From an uncultured Gammaproteobacteria bacterium (GTDB lineage Bacteria > Pseudomonadota > Gammaproteobacteria > GCA-002705445 > GCA-002716945), in contig CAJWPJ010000004.1 of the NCBI GenBank assembly GCA_913045115.1, positions 1 to 60,834 of the forward strand: DNA of 60,834 nt. The letters are read 5' to 3'. Every line of letters begins with the position of its first letter. Position 1 is the stretch's first letter. The position numbers and the translations under genes are program-made. Shown one piece after another: positions 31,316 to 40,624 of this stretch. The notes under the pieces are model-generated. The model had not been told where the DNA came from. It ran no database searches and worked only from the letters and a program-made list of their open reading frames with translations.

Positions 31316-31795
31316 TTAGCTGACTTTTTCTCGTAACTTTTTTTCAACATACACGTCAACTAAATTTTCTAGGTTACCATCGTGTCTTGCAATATCTTTT
31401 ATTATTGAAGATGAAATAAAGCTGTATTTTTCATCCGGACTTAAAAATATGCTCTCTATATTGGGATTCATGGACCTATTTAGATTCGATAACTGTACTT
31501 CATACTCAAAGTCTGATACTGCTCTCAAACCCCTCAACATCACCTTTGCGTTGAGCTCTTTAGCGTGCTCTACGGTCAATCTATCTAGCTTAATGACATC
31601 TACGTTTTCATATTTAGATAAAACTTTTTTACACATGTCATATCTGTCTTCATATGAGAACAAAGTATTTTTTTGAGTGTTTGATGCAACAGCAACAATA
31701 ACTGACTCAAAAATATTCGATGCTCTTTTTACTAAATCTTCATGACCAGAGGTAATCGGATCGAAGGTTCCAGGATATATTGCTTTAATTTTCAT
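31316..31795 (-). CDS. coaD: Phosphopantetheine adenylyltransferase
   Basis: AIYPGTFDPITSGHEDL. 159 aa. Confidence 0.95.
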   Translation of the reverse strand: MKIKAIYPGTFDPITSGHEDLVKRASNIFESVIVAVASNTQKNTLFSYEDRYDMCKKVLSKYENVDVIKLDRLTVEHAKELNAKVMLRGLRAVSDFEYEVQLSNLNRSMNPNIESIFLSPDEKYSFISSSIIKDIARHDGNLENLVDVYVEKKLREKVS

Positions 31796-32394
31796 AGATT
31801 TTTATTTATCAGGATTGTATAACTTACATCGCCAATACTCAAATCTTTGAGAGCAGTATGAGTGCTATCATAGAATTCATTATACTTTTTAACATCTTTT
31901 TTTGCTTGCTCAAAGTATAGAAACTTATTATTTTCTAAATAATTATTATCTTTGAGAATTTTAAATGTCTCATTGAGCAATGTGGTATTGTATGGTGGAT
32001 CTATAAAAATAAGATCATAAGTGCTTAAGTCATTTTTGAGAAGAAATTTTTCAACTTTTGCTCTTACTACAGTTACGCCCTTAATATCAAGGAGTGTAAT
32101 ATTAGATTGAATAAATTTAACTAACTCGCTGTCTCTCTCGATTAAGGTTGCAGAATCGATCCCTCTAGAGAGTGCTTCAAAAGATAGTATTCCGCTACCC
32201 GAGAATAGATCTAGTGATGATCTACATAAACTCACATCTATTACACTGAAAAGTGTCTCGCGGATATATGCTTTTGATGGTCTAAGAATTGATTTGGCGG
32301 GAATGTTAATTACTCTAGACTTATATTTTCCAGAAATAATTTTTAATTTATTATTCAATTCGTTTGCCAACAGTAAATACTGAAATATTCTCAA
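31792..32394 (-). CDS. rsmD: 16S rRNA (guanine966-N2)-methyltransferase
   Basis: LRPSKAYIRETLFS, DLFSGSG and FIDPPY motifs. The start is uncertain because only TTG candidates exist (32394 or 32358). Confidence 0.85.
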   Translation of the reverse strand: MRIFQYLLLANELNNKLKIISGKYKSRVINIPAKSILRPSKAYIRETLFSVIDVSLCRSSLDLFSGSGILSFEALSRGIDSATLIERDSELVKFIQSNITLLDIKGVTVVRAKVEKFLLKNDLSTYDLIFIDPPYNTTLLNETFKILKDNNYLENNKFLYFEQAKKDVKKYNEFYDSTHTALKDLSIGDVSYTILINKNL

Positions 32395-33628
32395 AATCCA
32401 CAGAGCGGGCCAATGCTGCTTGGATACTATCTTTATTAACTTGTCTCAGTAGATTTTTATAATCTTCGAAGTAACTCAGCTCAAGATTCATATAATTTAT
32501 ACTAGAAATTAGATTAAGTATTTTTCTATTGGTATCTGTTCGCATTTCAAAACCTCTTAAGATAGATTCCTTCGTAGATTTTATTTTAGAATTATCTACA
32601 TCAAATCTCTTAAGCTTATCAATTTGTTCACGAATTATATTTTTAGCTAAACTTATGTTCTCATTTTTAGTTTGAAGTGAAATTCTTAAATACCCACTGT
32701 CTTGATAGGTTGATAGATAACTATATACAGAATAAGATAGACCTCGTTTTTGTCTAATCTCTTCCATTAGCCATGACCCAAAACCACTACCTCCAAATAT
32801 ATAATTCGCAACCAATAAATTATGGTAATCAGGATTTGTTCTTGAGATAGCGGGAATGATTACAGCAAGATGAGATTGAGTTGAATCAAACTCAGTATGA
32901 TGTTCCACGGCATTTATATGGTATTGTGGAAAAGGATTAAGTCTATTTTTGGAGAATTTATTTGTCAGTTGACCAATCAACCTTTTTGAGTCTTTAAGTG
33001 TGATGTCTCCAACAATATTAATTTCCAGATTATCAAAATTAAAAATTTTATCCCTATGTATGATTATATCCTTTTTGGTTATTCTCATAATTGATTGCTC
33101 AGTTCCTAAGGGCTGATGTGATAAAGGTGTTTCATTGAAAAGCTTCTCTGATATAGATGATTCAAGAACTGAACTTACTTTCTTCTTCGACTCTGAGATA
33201 GCTCTAATTATTTTGTCTTTCTGTAAGTCAAAATTCACATTATCAATCGTCTCAATGAACAAAGCTTGGTTGAGGATATTTAAAAGCTTCATAATCTGGT
33301 TTATATCACTTATAGATCTGATACTAATAGATAGTGTTTCCTTATTTACTGAGTAGGATAATTTTGCTCCTACATTTTCGAAGTAACTGATTAATTTCTT
33401 ATTATTAATATCTGAGGCCATAAGGCTGTTTAACATTAGATTTGTCAAACCAGGCATTACACCATCACTTATACTTCCCTGCTTCAGTGAGAGATTGATA
33501 TCTACAATTGGAAGGGTATTCAATTGAACATAAAGATAGTCATTGTTATCGCCTATCGGTTCGATAGTAGGAGTAGCATTTATCACTTGTGAGAAAAAAA
33601 TTACTGCAGTTAGAATTAATACTCTCAT
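32351..33628 (-). CDS. M16-family peptidase-like protein, non-catalytic partner (no HxxEH)
   Basis: 425 aa with a signal peptide and an insulinase-like fold. Carries no zinc motif (LTNLMLNSLM at the expected position). ATGA overlap with the upstream M16 gene. Confidence 0.75.
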   Translation of the reverse strand: MRVLILTAVIFFSQVINATPTIEPIGDNNDYLYVQLNTLPIVDINLSLKQGSISDGVMPGLTNLMLNSLMASDINNKKLISYFENVGAKLSYSVNKETLSISIRSISDINQIMKLLNILNQALFIETIDNVNFDLQKDKIIRAISESKKKVSSVLESSISEKLFNETPLSHQPLGTEQSIMRITKKDIIIHRDKIFNFDNLEINIVGDITLKDSKRLIGQLTNKFSKNRLNPFPQYHINAVEHHTEFDSTQSHLAVIIPAISRTNPDYHNLLVANYIFGGSGFGSWLMEEIRQKRGLSYSVYSYLSTYQDSGYLRISLQTKNENISLAKNIIREQIDKLKRFDVDNSKIKSTKESILRGFEMRTDTNRKILNLISSINYMNLELSYFEDYKNLLRQVNKDSIQAALARSVDFENISVFTVGKRIE

Positions 33629-34956
33629 TGTTTGGGCCTCAATACAGTGACTAAAGGTTTGTTATTTAATATGTATGATTTTCCTACAGATTTAATCTCA
33701 TCGAGAGTGATGGATTCTGAGACTGTGTAATATCTATCTAGCGTCTCCCAACTGATATTTTTTGTCTCTAGCATGCCAACTTGCATAGCTTGATAAAATA
33801 CGGAATCAAATTTAAAAACGCTATTAGATTTTACTCTAGCTTTCGCACTATCTAACTCCTCTTGTGATATGGAGTCGATAGATACTGATGAAAACTCATC
33901 AAGTACATGTGTTATGAATTCATCAGAAGAAACTCTACCTCTTGGTGTGCCACCAATTATTATTAAGCTATCGTGTTGATTATATGTATCATTCGATATA
34001 AAGGTATCTAAGGCAATTTTTTTTGAATTTACTAAGTTTTCTGTAAGTCGTGAGGAATACCCTCCATCCATTATTTCTATGAATAAATCTAGTGCATATA
34101 ATTCCCTGTGTTTTTCATCACTGTACTTTGGTTTTTTAAAAGAAATAAATACTATTGGTTTTGATATATCCTCTTGGACTTCGAAGAAGCTTCTCGATGT
34201 ATAGTTAAAATCAGGTTTTTTTAAATTTAAAGGTTTATCATTTTTTATTGAGCTATAGTGTTTATCTATATATTTTTTAGCTTTACTCTTATCGAAGTTG
34301 CCAGCAATAATAACTATAGCGTTGCGAGGCTGATAATATGAGTCATACCAGCTTTGAAGATCTTTCTTTGTGGTATTTTCTATATCCTCCATTGTGCCAA
34401 TAATAGGAATGCCATAATTATTCATACCAAAAGCATTAATCATTATTTTTTCAAAAGTCTTTGAAACGGGATTATCATCTGTTCTGAGTCTCCGTTCCTC
34501 TTTGACGACATTAATCTCTTTTTCGATTTGTTTCTCATCCAATTTAAGATTAATCATTCTGTCAGATTCTAACTCAATACATTTCTCTAAATCTTCTTGA
34601 TGAACTTTTTGATAGTAGCCAGTATAATCTTTGCTTGTAAAAGCATTATCTGTTCCCCCCATTTCTTTTACTCTAGAGGAAAATTCTCCGGGTCCTAATT
34701 TTTTAGTTCCCTTAAACATCATGTGTTCAAGTATATGAGAAATACCTGTTTTACCCTTTACCTCATTGCTTGAACCTACTCTATACCAAATACTATTAAT
34801 TACTGCAGGGCTTCTTCTATCCTCAATCAATATCACTTTTAAACCATTTTCCAGGGAGTACTCTTCCAATCTCTCAGAAAACTTTATACTAGCATCAGTG
34901 ATAAAAGTAGCGAATAAAACCACTAAAAAAATAGTTATTTGGTAGATACGAGACAT
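33625..34956 (-). CDS. M16-family zinc metallopeptidase (insulinase/PqqL-like), catalytic partner
   Basis: HILEH zinc motif (ISHILEHMMFKGT) and a signal peptide. 443 aa. Confidence 0.85.
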   Translation of the reverse strand: MSRIYQITIFLVVLFATFITDASIKFSERLEEYSLENGLKVILIEDRRSPAVINSIWYRVGSSNEVKGKTGISHILEHMMFKGTKKLGPGEFSSRVKEMGGTDNAFTSKDYTGYYQKVHQEDLEKCIELESDRMINLKLDEKQIEKEINVVKEERRLRTDDNPVSKTFEKIMINAFGMNNYGIPIIGTMEDIENTTKKDLQSWYDSYYQPRNAIVIIAGNFDKSKAKKYIDKHYSSIKNDKPLNLKKPDFNYTSRSFFEVQEDISKPIVFISFKKPKYSDEKHRELYALDLFIEIMDGGYSSRLTENLVNSKKIALDTFISNDTYNQHDSLIIIGGTPRGRVSSDEFITHVLDEFSSVSIDSISQEELDSAKARVKSNSVFKFDSVFYQAMQVGMLETKNISWETLDRYYTVSESITLDEIKSVGKSYILNNKPLVTVLRPKQ

Positions 34957-35034
34957 ATCGCAATAGTATCAAAAAATAGGTTTTTTTGTCCTGATTTTAC
35001 ACCCTTCATTAATCCTTTTTTTGATATCAATCAC

Positions 35035-35062
35035 TTGAAATAAGGTAATCAACAACTATAAT
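35035..35062 (+). promoter_or_regulatory. Candidate sigma-70 promoter for rpoH
   Basis: TTGAAA (35035-35040), 16 nt, then TATAAT (35057-35062). This would leave only a ~5-6 nt leader before the ATG at 35075, so it is uncertain. Confidence 0.3.
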
Positions 35063-35074
35063 TATATCTACAAA

Positions 35075-35935
35075 ATGAATAAAAACTTAACAAATAGATC
35101 AATTGCTAAAGAGGTCGCGCTGGACTTAGAGTCTTCTGATGCCCTTAACTATTATCTTACCCAGCTCAGAGAAACACCATTACTATCTAAAGAGCAAGAG
35201 GAAGAATTATTCTTCCGACTCCAGAACTCCGAAGATATGGATGCTGCGAGAAAGCTTGTAATGTCACATCTAAGATTTGTTGTACATATTGCAAAAACAT
35301 ATAAAGGTTATGGTTTACCTTTGCTTGATATAATTCAAGAGGGTAACGTAGGTCTAATGAAAGCGGTCAAAAAATTCGATCCAAGTAAGAAAGTTAGACT
35401 ATTATCGTTTGCTATATATTGGATAAGAGCTGAGATTCATGAATTTGTATTGAAAAACTGGAGAATAGTAAAAGTTGCTACAACAAAAGCGCAAAGAAAA
35501 CTCTTCTTTAAATTAAGAAGTAAAAAAACCTCATCGAACTGGCTATCAGAGCAAGAGACGCATGATATCGCTTCTGAATTAAATGTAGATTGTAAGACTG
35601 TTAAATTAATGGAAAACAGACTAAGTGGTGTAGACATTGCATTTGACCCAACTGAAGAAGATGATAACTCACCATCTGGATATTTAACACAAAATACGAA
35701 CCCTCTAACTCTTTTAGAGACTCAAGACTCAGACGATGATAATTCTAGAAAGCTCGCTAGTGCACTTGATGAGCTTGATGAGAGAAGTCGTGATATCATC
35801 ATGCAAAGATTTTTATCTGAAAAAAAACCAACATTAGATGAACTTTCAAAAAAATATAAAGTATCTAAAGAAAGAATTCGTCAAATCGAAGAAAAGTCTC
35901 TTAATATTCTAAAAGATTCTATTCTTTTAGCTTAA
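35075..35935 (+). CDS. rpoH: RNA polymerase sigma-32 (heat-shock sigma factor)
   Basis: RpoH box TKAQRKLFFKLR, and SHLRFVVHIAKTYKGYGLP. 286 aa. Confidence 0.95.
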   Translation: MNKNLTNRSIAKEVALDLESSDALNYYLTQLRETPLLSKEQEEELFFRLQNSEDMDAARKLVMSHLRFVVHIAKTYKGYGLPLLDIIQEGNVGLMKAVKKFDPSKKVRLLSFAIYWIRAEIHEFVLKNWRIVKVATTKAQRKLFFKLRSKKTSSNWLSEQETHDIASELNVDCKTVKLMENRLSGVDIAFDPTEEDDNSPSGYLTQNTNPLTLLETQDSDDDNSRKLASALDELDERSRDIIMQRFLSEKKPTLDELSKKYKVSKERIRQIEEKSLNILKDSILLA

Positions 35936-35936
35936 T

Positions 35937-36827
35937 TTATAGCATCAAAATATAATGATCTGCTAGCAACGCTGCAAAAAGCATAGCTAAGTATGTTATT
36001 GAGAATTTGAATAATAAAAAGGCCTTTCTGATATTCTTCGTTTTATACAAATCATATGAGTCATATATAAATTTTCCACCAAGAAGAATTACCGACATTA
36101 GATAAATATATGAAACTAGTCCCAACAAATAGGGAAATAAGGTAATACAAAATAATAGAATTGAATATAAAAATATATGTAAGCGGGTGAAATCATCGCC
36201 ATGTGTAACGGGTAACATGGGAACGTTTGCTTTACTGTAATCTTCTTTTTTATAAACGGCTAATGCCCAGAAATGTGGTGGTGTCCATAAGAAAATAATA
36301 AGGAATAGAAGCAATGGAAGTTCACTGACTCCGTTTGTTATCGCAGTCCAGCCCAATAATGGTGGCATTGCACCAGCTATACCGCCTATGACAATATTTT
36401 GTGAGGTTAGATTTTTTAAATAAACAGAATAAATAATCGAATAAACAATAATAGAAAAAAGTGTAAGTATCATTGTGATTGTATTGACGTATTCATAAAG
36501 TATGTAAGTTGAAACCATTGATATAACCAGTGAGAAATATATAGCATGTTTCGCAGTAACATTTCCTCTGATCAGTGGTCTACTCTTCGTTCTATCCATT
36601 ATGGCGTCTATTTTCTGATCTACGATTTGGTTTATTACAGCTGCTGCAGATGCAGCAAGATATATTCCAATACTGGCATAGATCATAAGACTATAATTTA
36701 AGTTAAAGTCTTGTGCCAAGAGCATGCCGACTATCGCTGTAAAGATAATGAGAAAGTTTACTCTAGGCTTAGTAAGGGCAATAAGATCAAATATTATTGG
36801 GTTAGGTGTTGAAGTAGTTGTGCTCAT
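35937..36827 (-). CDS. ctaB: Protoheme IX farnesyltransferase (heme O synthase)
   Basis: UbiA-family polytopic protein (DAIMDRTKSRP). 296 aa, at the end of the cox assembly cluster. Confidence 0.9.
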   Translation of the reverse strand: MSTTTSTPNPIIFDLIALTKPRVNFLIIFTAIVGMLLAQDFNLNYSLMIYASIGIYLAASAAAVINQIVDQKIDAIMDRTKSRPLIRGNVTAKHAIYFSLVISMVSTYILYEYVNTITMILTLFSIIVYSIIYSVYLKNLTSQNIVIGGIAGAMPPLLGWTAITNGVSELPLLLFLIIFLWTPPHFWALAVYKKEDYSKANVPMLPVTHGDDFTRLHIFLYSILLFCITLFPYLLGLVSYIYLMSVILLGGKFIYDSYDLYKTKNIRKAFLLFKFSITYLAMLFAALLADHYILML

Positions 36828-37832
36828 TTACTTTGCTTTTGTAAATGATATCAGAGAATAATATAAAGCACCCGAAATTAATGCCATTAAAATTGCAGCA
36901 TTCATGGTATGCCAAACTGCAATGTTCAGTGGAAGACTATAAACTACATTAGATATACCTAGAACTACTTGTAATATAAAAAATACTATACTTACTCCAA
37001 TTACTCTCTTTAAGAAAAGATGATCTTTAAGTTTAAAAATAGCATAAATAGTTAAAATGAAGAATATAGTTAATACTAAAGCTGTAACTCGGTGAACATA
37101 GTGAACTGCTACTTTAGAGCCGTAAGCTAAAAAACCACCTTCATAGTTTATATCTGGAAGATTTAAAAGATTAAATGCTCCGTCAAATATCATTTCTTTT
37201 GGATACCATTGACCAAGACATTTAGGAAAATCGGTACAAGCGAGGGATGCATAGTTAGTACTAGTCCACCCGCCCAATAGAATTTGCAGTACCAATAGAG
37301 ACCATGTCACTATTATTCCTGCAAATACGTAAGTAGGAATTTTATTTTGAGAAATACTTATGTCTGCATATTTCAAACCATTTATAAATAATAAAGTGGC
37401 TGTTAACATACCAAAAAATAAATGTGTAGTAACAACAGTTGGTTTTACTAACATTGTCACAGTTAGCATGCCCATGATGGCTTGTACTATTATTAAGATA
37501 GATATCAGTACAGGTAAAGTATAGTTTTTTTCTGAATATTTGACTGATATATACGTTACAAAGAAAACATAAAGACCAAGAAGACCAGCAACATATCTAT
37601 GTAGCATTTCTCTCCACGCTTTTCCAATATCTATATTTGCACCAGGATAATTCTCTTTAGCTTTAGCAAGCTCATCGACAGTATCAGGCGTGGTCAAAAG
37701 CCCATAACATCCTGGCCAGTCAGGACAGCCAAGTCCAGCATCAGTAAGTCTTACCCAAGCGCCTAAAGAAATTACAAAAAGTGTAAAGGCAGCACCAAGA
37801 AAGCTTAGTTTTGATATTTTTGAATCATCCAT
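36828..37832 (-). CDS. ctaA: Heme A synthase (COX15/CtaA)
   Basis: 334-aa polytopic membrane protein with GLGCPDWPGC near the N-terminus and conserved His residues. Abuts ctaB with no gap. Confidence 0.88.
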   Translation of the reverse strand: MDDSKISKLSFLGAAFTLFVISLGAWVRLTDAGLGCPDWPGCYGLLTTPDTVDELAKAKENYPGANIDIGKAWREMLHRYVAGLLGLYVFFVTYISVKYSEKNYTLPVLISILIIVQAIMGMLTVTMLVKPTVVTTHLFFGMLTATLLFINGLKYADISISQNKIPTYVFAGIIVTWSLLVLQILLGGWTSTNYASLACTDFPKCLGQWYPKEMIFDGAFNLLNLPDINYEGGFLAYGSKVAVHYVHRVTALVLTIFFILTIYAIFKLKDHLFLKRVIGVSIVFFILQVVLGISNVVYSLPLNIAVWHTMNAAILMALISGALYYSLISFTKAK

Positions 37833-37835
37833 AAT

Positions 37836-38342
37836 TTATCTTCTAGAGAATTTTAGTAACTTTTTTATATCTTTCAATAAACCTTTTGCTACAAAATCAT
37901 TTCCATATCCTAGTATAATCTTGCCAAAGGGATCAGCGATAAATATTCTCTCATCCATTTTAGTGAGTTCATTATAGAGGCTTTCTGCATTATCTAAAAC
38001 AACAAGTTTTGGATAGTTATCAATATCAACACCATTTTTATAAGTGTTATTAACAAGAAGATATCGTTCTACTCTGTCCATATCTTTACCTAAAGCTGTA
38101 TTAATCTGCCTTAGCATATGCATATTATCTTGACATGAGACGTTACAATCTTTATCGATAACTTGGAGTACAATCCAATGATCATTATCTTTTAAATCTA
38201 CAATATTTATTTCATCAGATAGAAATACCCCATGATTAGTGGTTCCTCGTGTAGTTGTTGCATCATTTTCAAAAAGATACTTTGCAAATACAAAAGGCAA
38301 AATAAATACTAATACTATTAATATAAACTTAAGTCTTTCCAT
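37836..38342 (-). CDS. Membrane-anchored thioredoxin-fold (Sco-like) protein with a CxxxC motif
   Basis: 168 aa with one N-terminal transmembrane helix. Has CNVSC (Cys66/Cys70), and IFIADPFGKIILGY resembles the Sco YL-x-DP-x-GK strand. Lies between SURF1 and ctaA. Confidence 0.5.
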   Translation of the reverse strand: MERLKFILIVLVFILPFVFAKYLFENDATTTRGTTNHGVFLSDEINIVDLKDNDHWIVLQVIDKDCNVSCQDNMHMLRQINTALGKDMDRVERYLLVNNTYKNGVDIDNYPKLVVLDNAESLYNELTKMDERIFIADPFGKIILGYGNDFVAKGLLKDIKKLLKFSRR

Positions 38343-39009
38343 GTTTCTTCCTATTTAGAATAACTAAAAAAATAATACCAATTAGAGCAAATAAAAACCA
38401 TTGTCCTGCATACATATAATGAGTGAGGTATTTATTTTCATTTTTCTCTGGGATTTGAGTGAATGAATAGTCATAATCTGATTCTAAATTCAAATAAAAG
38501 GGATGAGTATCTTTTTTTAAAATCGATGATACTTCGTCTATATCTAAGTTCTGGATAATATATGGTTTATTTTTTGTAATATTTGCAGTGCTTAATTCCA
38601 AAAGCTTCATTGGATACTTTATATATCCTTTTATCTCAAGAACTGACTCAGGAGTTGTAATCTCAGGAAATTTTTGCCTGGATAAGTTATCTACCCATCC
38701 TCTGTTGACTATAATAATTTTATCACCTACTTGAAATGGTGACATAACTAGGTAGCCTGCTTTTTTATTATAGACAATATTATCAAGTAAGAAGTATGGT
38801 TCTCGAAAGATCCCTCTCGCAGTTATTTTAGTATATCTGCCAGGGTTTTTTTCGATACTTTTCAGATTAATATAGTCTTTTGATGACTGACTTTGGTAGT
38901 CTTTTTGTATGCTTAGTTTTTGTTCAGCTCTATCTAACTGCCAAACACCAAGATACGCACATGTTGTAACTATTAAAAATAAAAATAAGTTTTTAATTAT
39001 ATTTTTCAT
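38329..39009 (-). CDS. SURF1 family cytochrome oxidase assembly protein
   Basis: N-terminal helix followed by LGVWQLDR, with a second C-terminal transmembrane helix. 226 aa. Confidence 0.85.
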   Translation of the reverse strand: MKNIIKNLFLFLIVTTCAYLGVWQLDRAEQKLSIQKDYQSQSSKDYINLKSIEKNPGRYTKITARGIFREPYFLLDNIVYNKKAGYLVMSPFQVGDKIIIVNRGWVDNLSRQKFPEITTPESVLEIKGYIKYPMKLLELSTANITKNKPYIIQNLDIDEVSSILKKDTHPFYLNLESDYDYSFTQIPEKNENKYLTHYMYAGQWFLFALIGIIFLVILNRKKHGKT

Positions 39010-39029
39010 TCTAGTGATAACATATTGTA

Positions 39030-39230
39030 ATGTTTAAGTTCGCGATTATAACTTTATTGGTTTTAATTATATATAACCTTGTCATGGGTTTTGTTTACAT
39101 TTTAAAAGATAAATCTAGCTCAAGTCGAGGTCTTACATCATTAAAAACAAGGATAATACTGTCTGTCTTACTCTTTGCGTTATTAATCGTTGGATATTAT
39201 ATGGATATGATTAAACCGAATAATTTTTAA
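39030..39230 (+). CDS. Twin-transmembrane-helix small protein (DUF2909-like)
   Basis: 66 aa with two hydrophobic helices separated by a basic loop. This is the usual position inside proteobacterial aa3 oxidase clusters, between coxC and SURF1. Confidence 0.6.
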   Translation: MFKFAIITLLVLIIYNLVMGFVYILKDKSSSSRGLTSLKTRIILSVLLFALLIVGYYMDMIKPNNF

Positions 39231-39236
39231 TTCTAG

Positions 39237-40091
39237 TTATAGCCAGTAAACAAAGACAAACAATCCAAGCCAGACTACATCTACAAAGTGCCAATACCAA
39301 GCGACAGCCTCAAAACCAAAGTGGTTCTCATTTGTGAAGTGACCTCTGATACATCTAAATAAAATCACAGTCAACATTATTGCGCCTAGAGTGACATGGA
39401 AGCCATGGAAGCCTGTCAACATATAAAATGTTGATCCGTAAATGCCTGATGTCATTTTTAAGTTTAGGTCATTATATGCATGTGAATATTCATATGCTTG
39501 AAAACCTACAAATATAAAACCAAGAAGTACGGTAGCAACCAGTCCTGAGATTAATTGATTCCTTTTACCTTCTTTTAGACCATGATGAGCCCAAGTAACT
39601 GTAAGACCGCTGATAAGAAGTATTATTGTGTTTAGAGCAGGAATTCCAGCTGCTTTCATCACAATAAAATCACCACCATAATTTGCAGGTCCATTTGATG
39701 GCCATACATTTTCAAACGAAGGCCACAATTCTTGATTTGTGCTGACTCCAGAACCATCTCCTGCTAACCATGGAAGTGATAATTCTCTTGCATAATATAG
39801 AGCACCGAAAAAAGCTGCGAAGAACATGACTTCAGAAAATATAAACCATGCCATTCCCCATCTAAATGACATATCAACTTGATCATCGTATAGGCCACCT
39901 TCACTCTCTCTGACAACGTATGAAAACCAACCATAAATAACCAGTAACAATAATCCAAGTCCTGTAAAGGTAAGAGTGAGAGTTGACTCATCATTCATGT
40001 AATTAGCTAGTCCAATGAACATGATCATTAAAGCTAAAGTTGCCAAAAATGGCCATTTTGTCTCATGAGGTACGTAATATGAACCACTCAT
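39237..40091 (-). CDS. coxC: Cytochrome c oxidase subunit III
   Basis: 284 aa, seven-helix type. YWHFVDVVWLGLFVFVYW C-terminus. Confidence 0.95.
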   Translation of the reverse strand: MSGSYYVPHETKWPFLATLALMIMFIGLANYMNDESTLTLTFTGLGLLLLVIYGWFSYVVRESEGGLYDDQVDMSFRWGMAWFIFSEVMFFAAFFGALYYARELSLPWLAGDGSGVSTNQELWPSFENVWPSNGPANYGGDFIVMKAAGIPALNTIILLISGLTVTWAHHGLKEGKRNQLISGLVATVLLGFIFVGFQAYEYSHAYNDLNLKMTSGIYGSTFYMLTGFHGFHVTLGAIMLTVILFRCIRGHFTNENHFGFEAVAWYWHFVDVVWLGLFVFVYWL

Positions 40092-40624
40092 AGTTTACTT
40101 GACTCCATTACATTATTAGTTATATCAAACATAGTATAAGAAAGTACTATGTCACCTATATTGGTTGGTAGATCGTCATCTACAACGAACTGAATCCCAA
40201 GATCTTTTATTTCACCAGAGTTAATTGTTTGTTGATTGAAACAGAAACATTCTATTTTTTTAAAATATTCGGCATATTTTCCAGGTGTTACACTTGGGCT
40301 AGCTGTAGTATGAAGTTGCTTGCTTGAATTATTCTTCATTACATAATGTGTATTGTACGGCTTGCCTACTTGAACTGTCATTTCAGTAACTGCAGGTTCG
40401 AAGTAAAGCGGTGCTGAATTTGCAACATTTGAGATAAATTTAATTTTTACAAATCTATTTTCTTTTTTAATATCGTTACCAGTGTATGCAACATCATTTG
40501 TTTTACCATTCAAACCTGTTATCTCACAAAAAGTGTCATAAATAGGCACAAGGGCGTATGAAAAACCATACATCGCGACTACTACGATTGATAGCTTAGT
40601 TATAGTTGATCTAACACTTGCCAT
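40088..40624 (-). CDS. ctaG: Cytochrome c oxidase assembly protein Cox11/CtaG
   Basis: N-terminal anchor and the CFCF copper motif (IECFCFNQQ). 178 aa. Confidence 0.92.
   Translation of the reverse strand: MASVRSTITKLSIVVVAMYGFSYALVPIYDTFCEITGLNGKTNDVAYTGNDIKKENRFVKIKFISNVANSAPLYFEPAVTEMTVQVGKPYNTHYVMKNNSSKQLHTTASPSVTPGKYAEYFKKIECFCFNQQTINSGEIKDLGIQFVVDDDLPTNIGDIVLSYTMFDITNNVMESSKL

Noticed and set aside
35021-35074. Leaderless or thermosensor-type control of rpoH
   Set aside because: The best -10/-35 pair would leave a ~5-nt leader. However, a second weaker pair (TTGATA-17-GGTAAT) further upstream is equally possible in this AT-rich spacer, so the sequence alone supports no conclusion.
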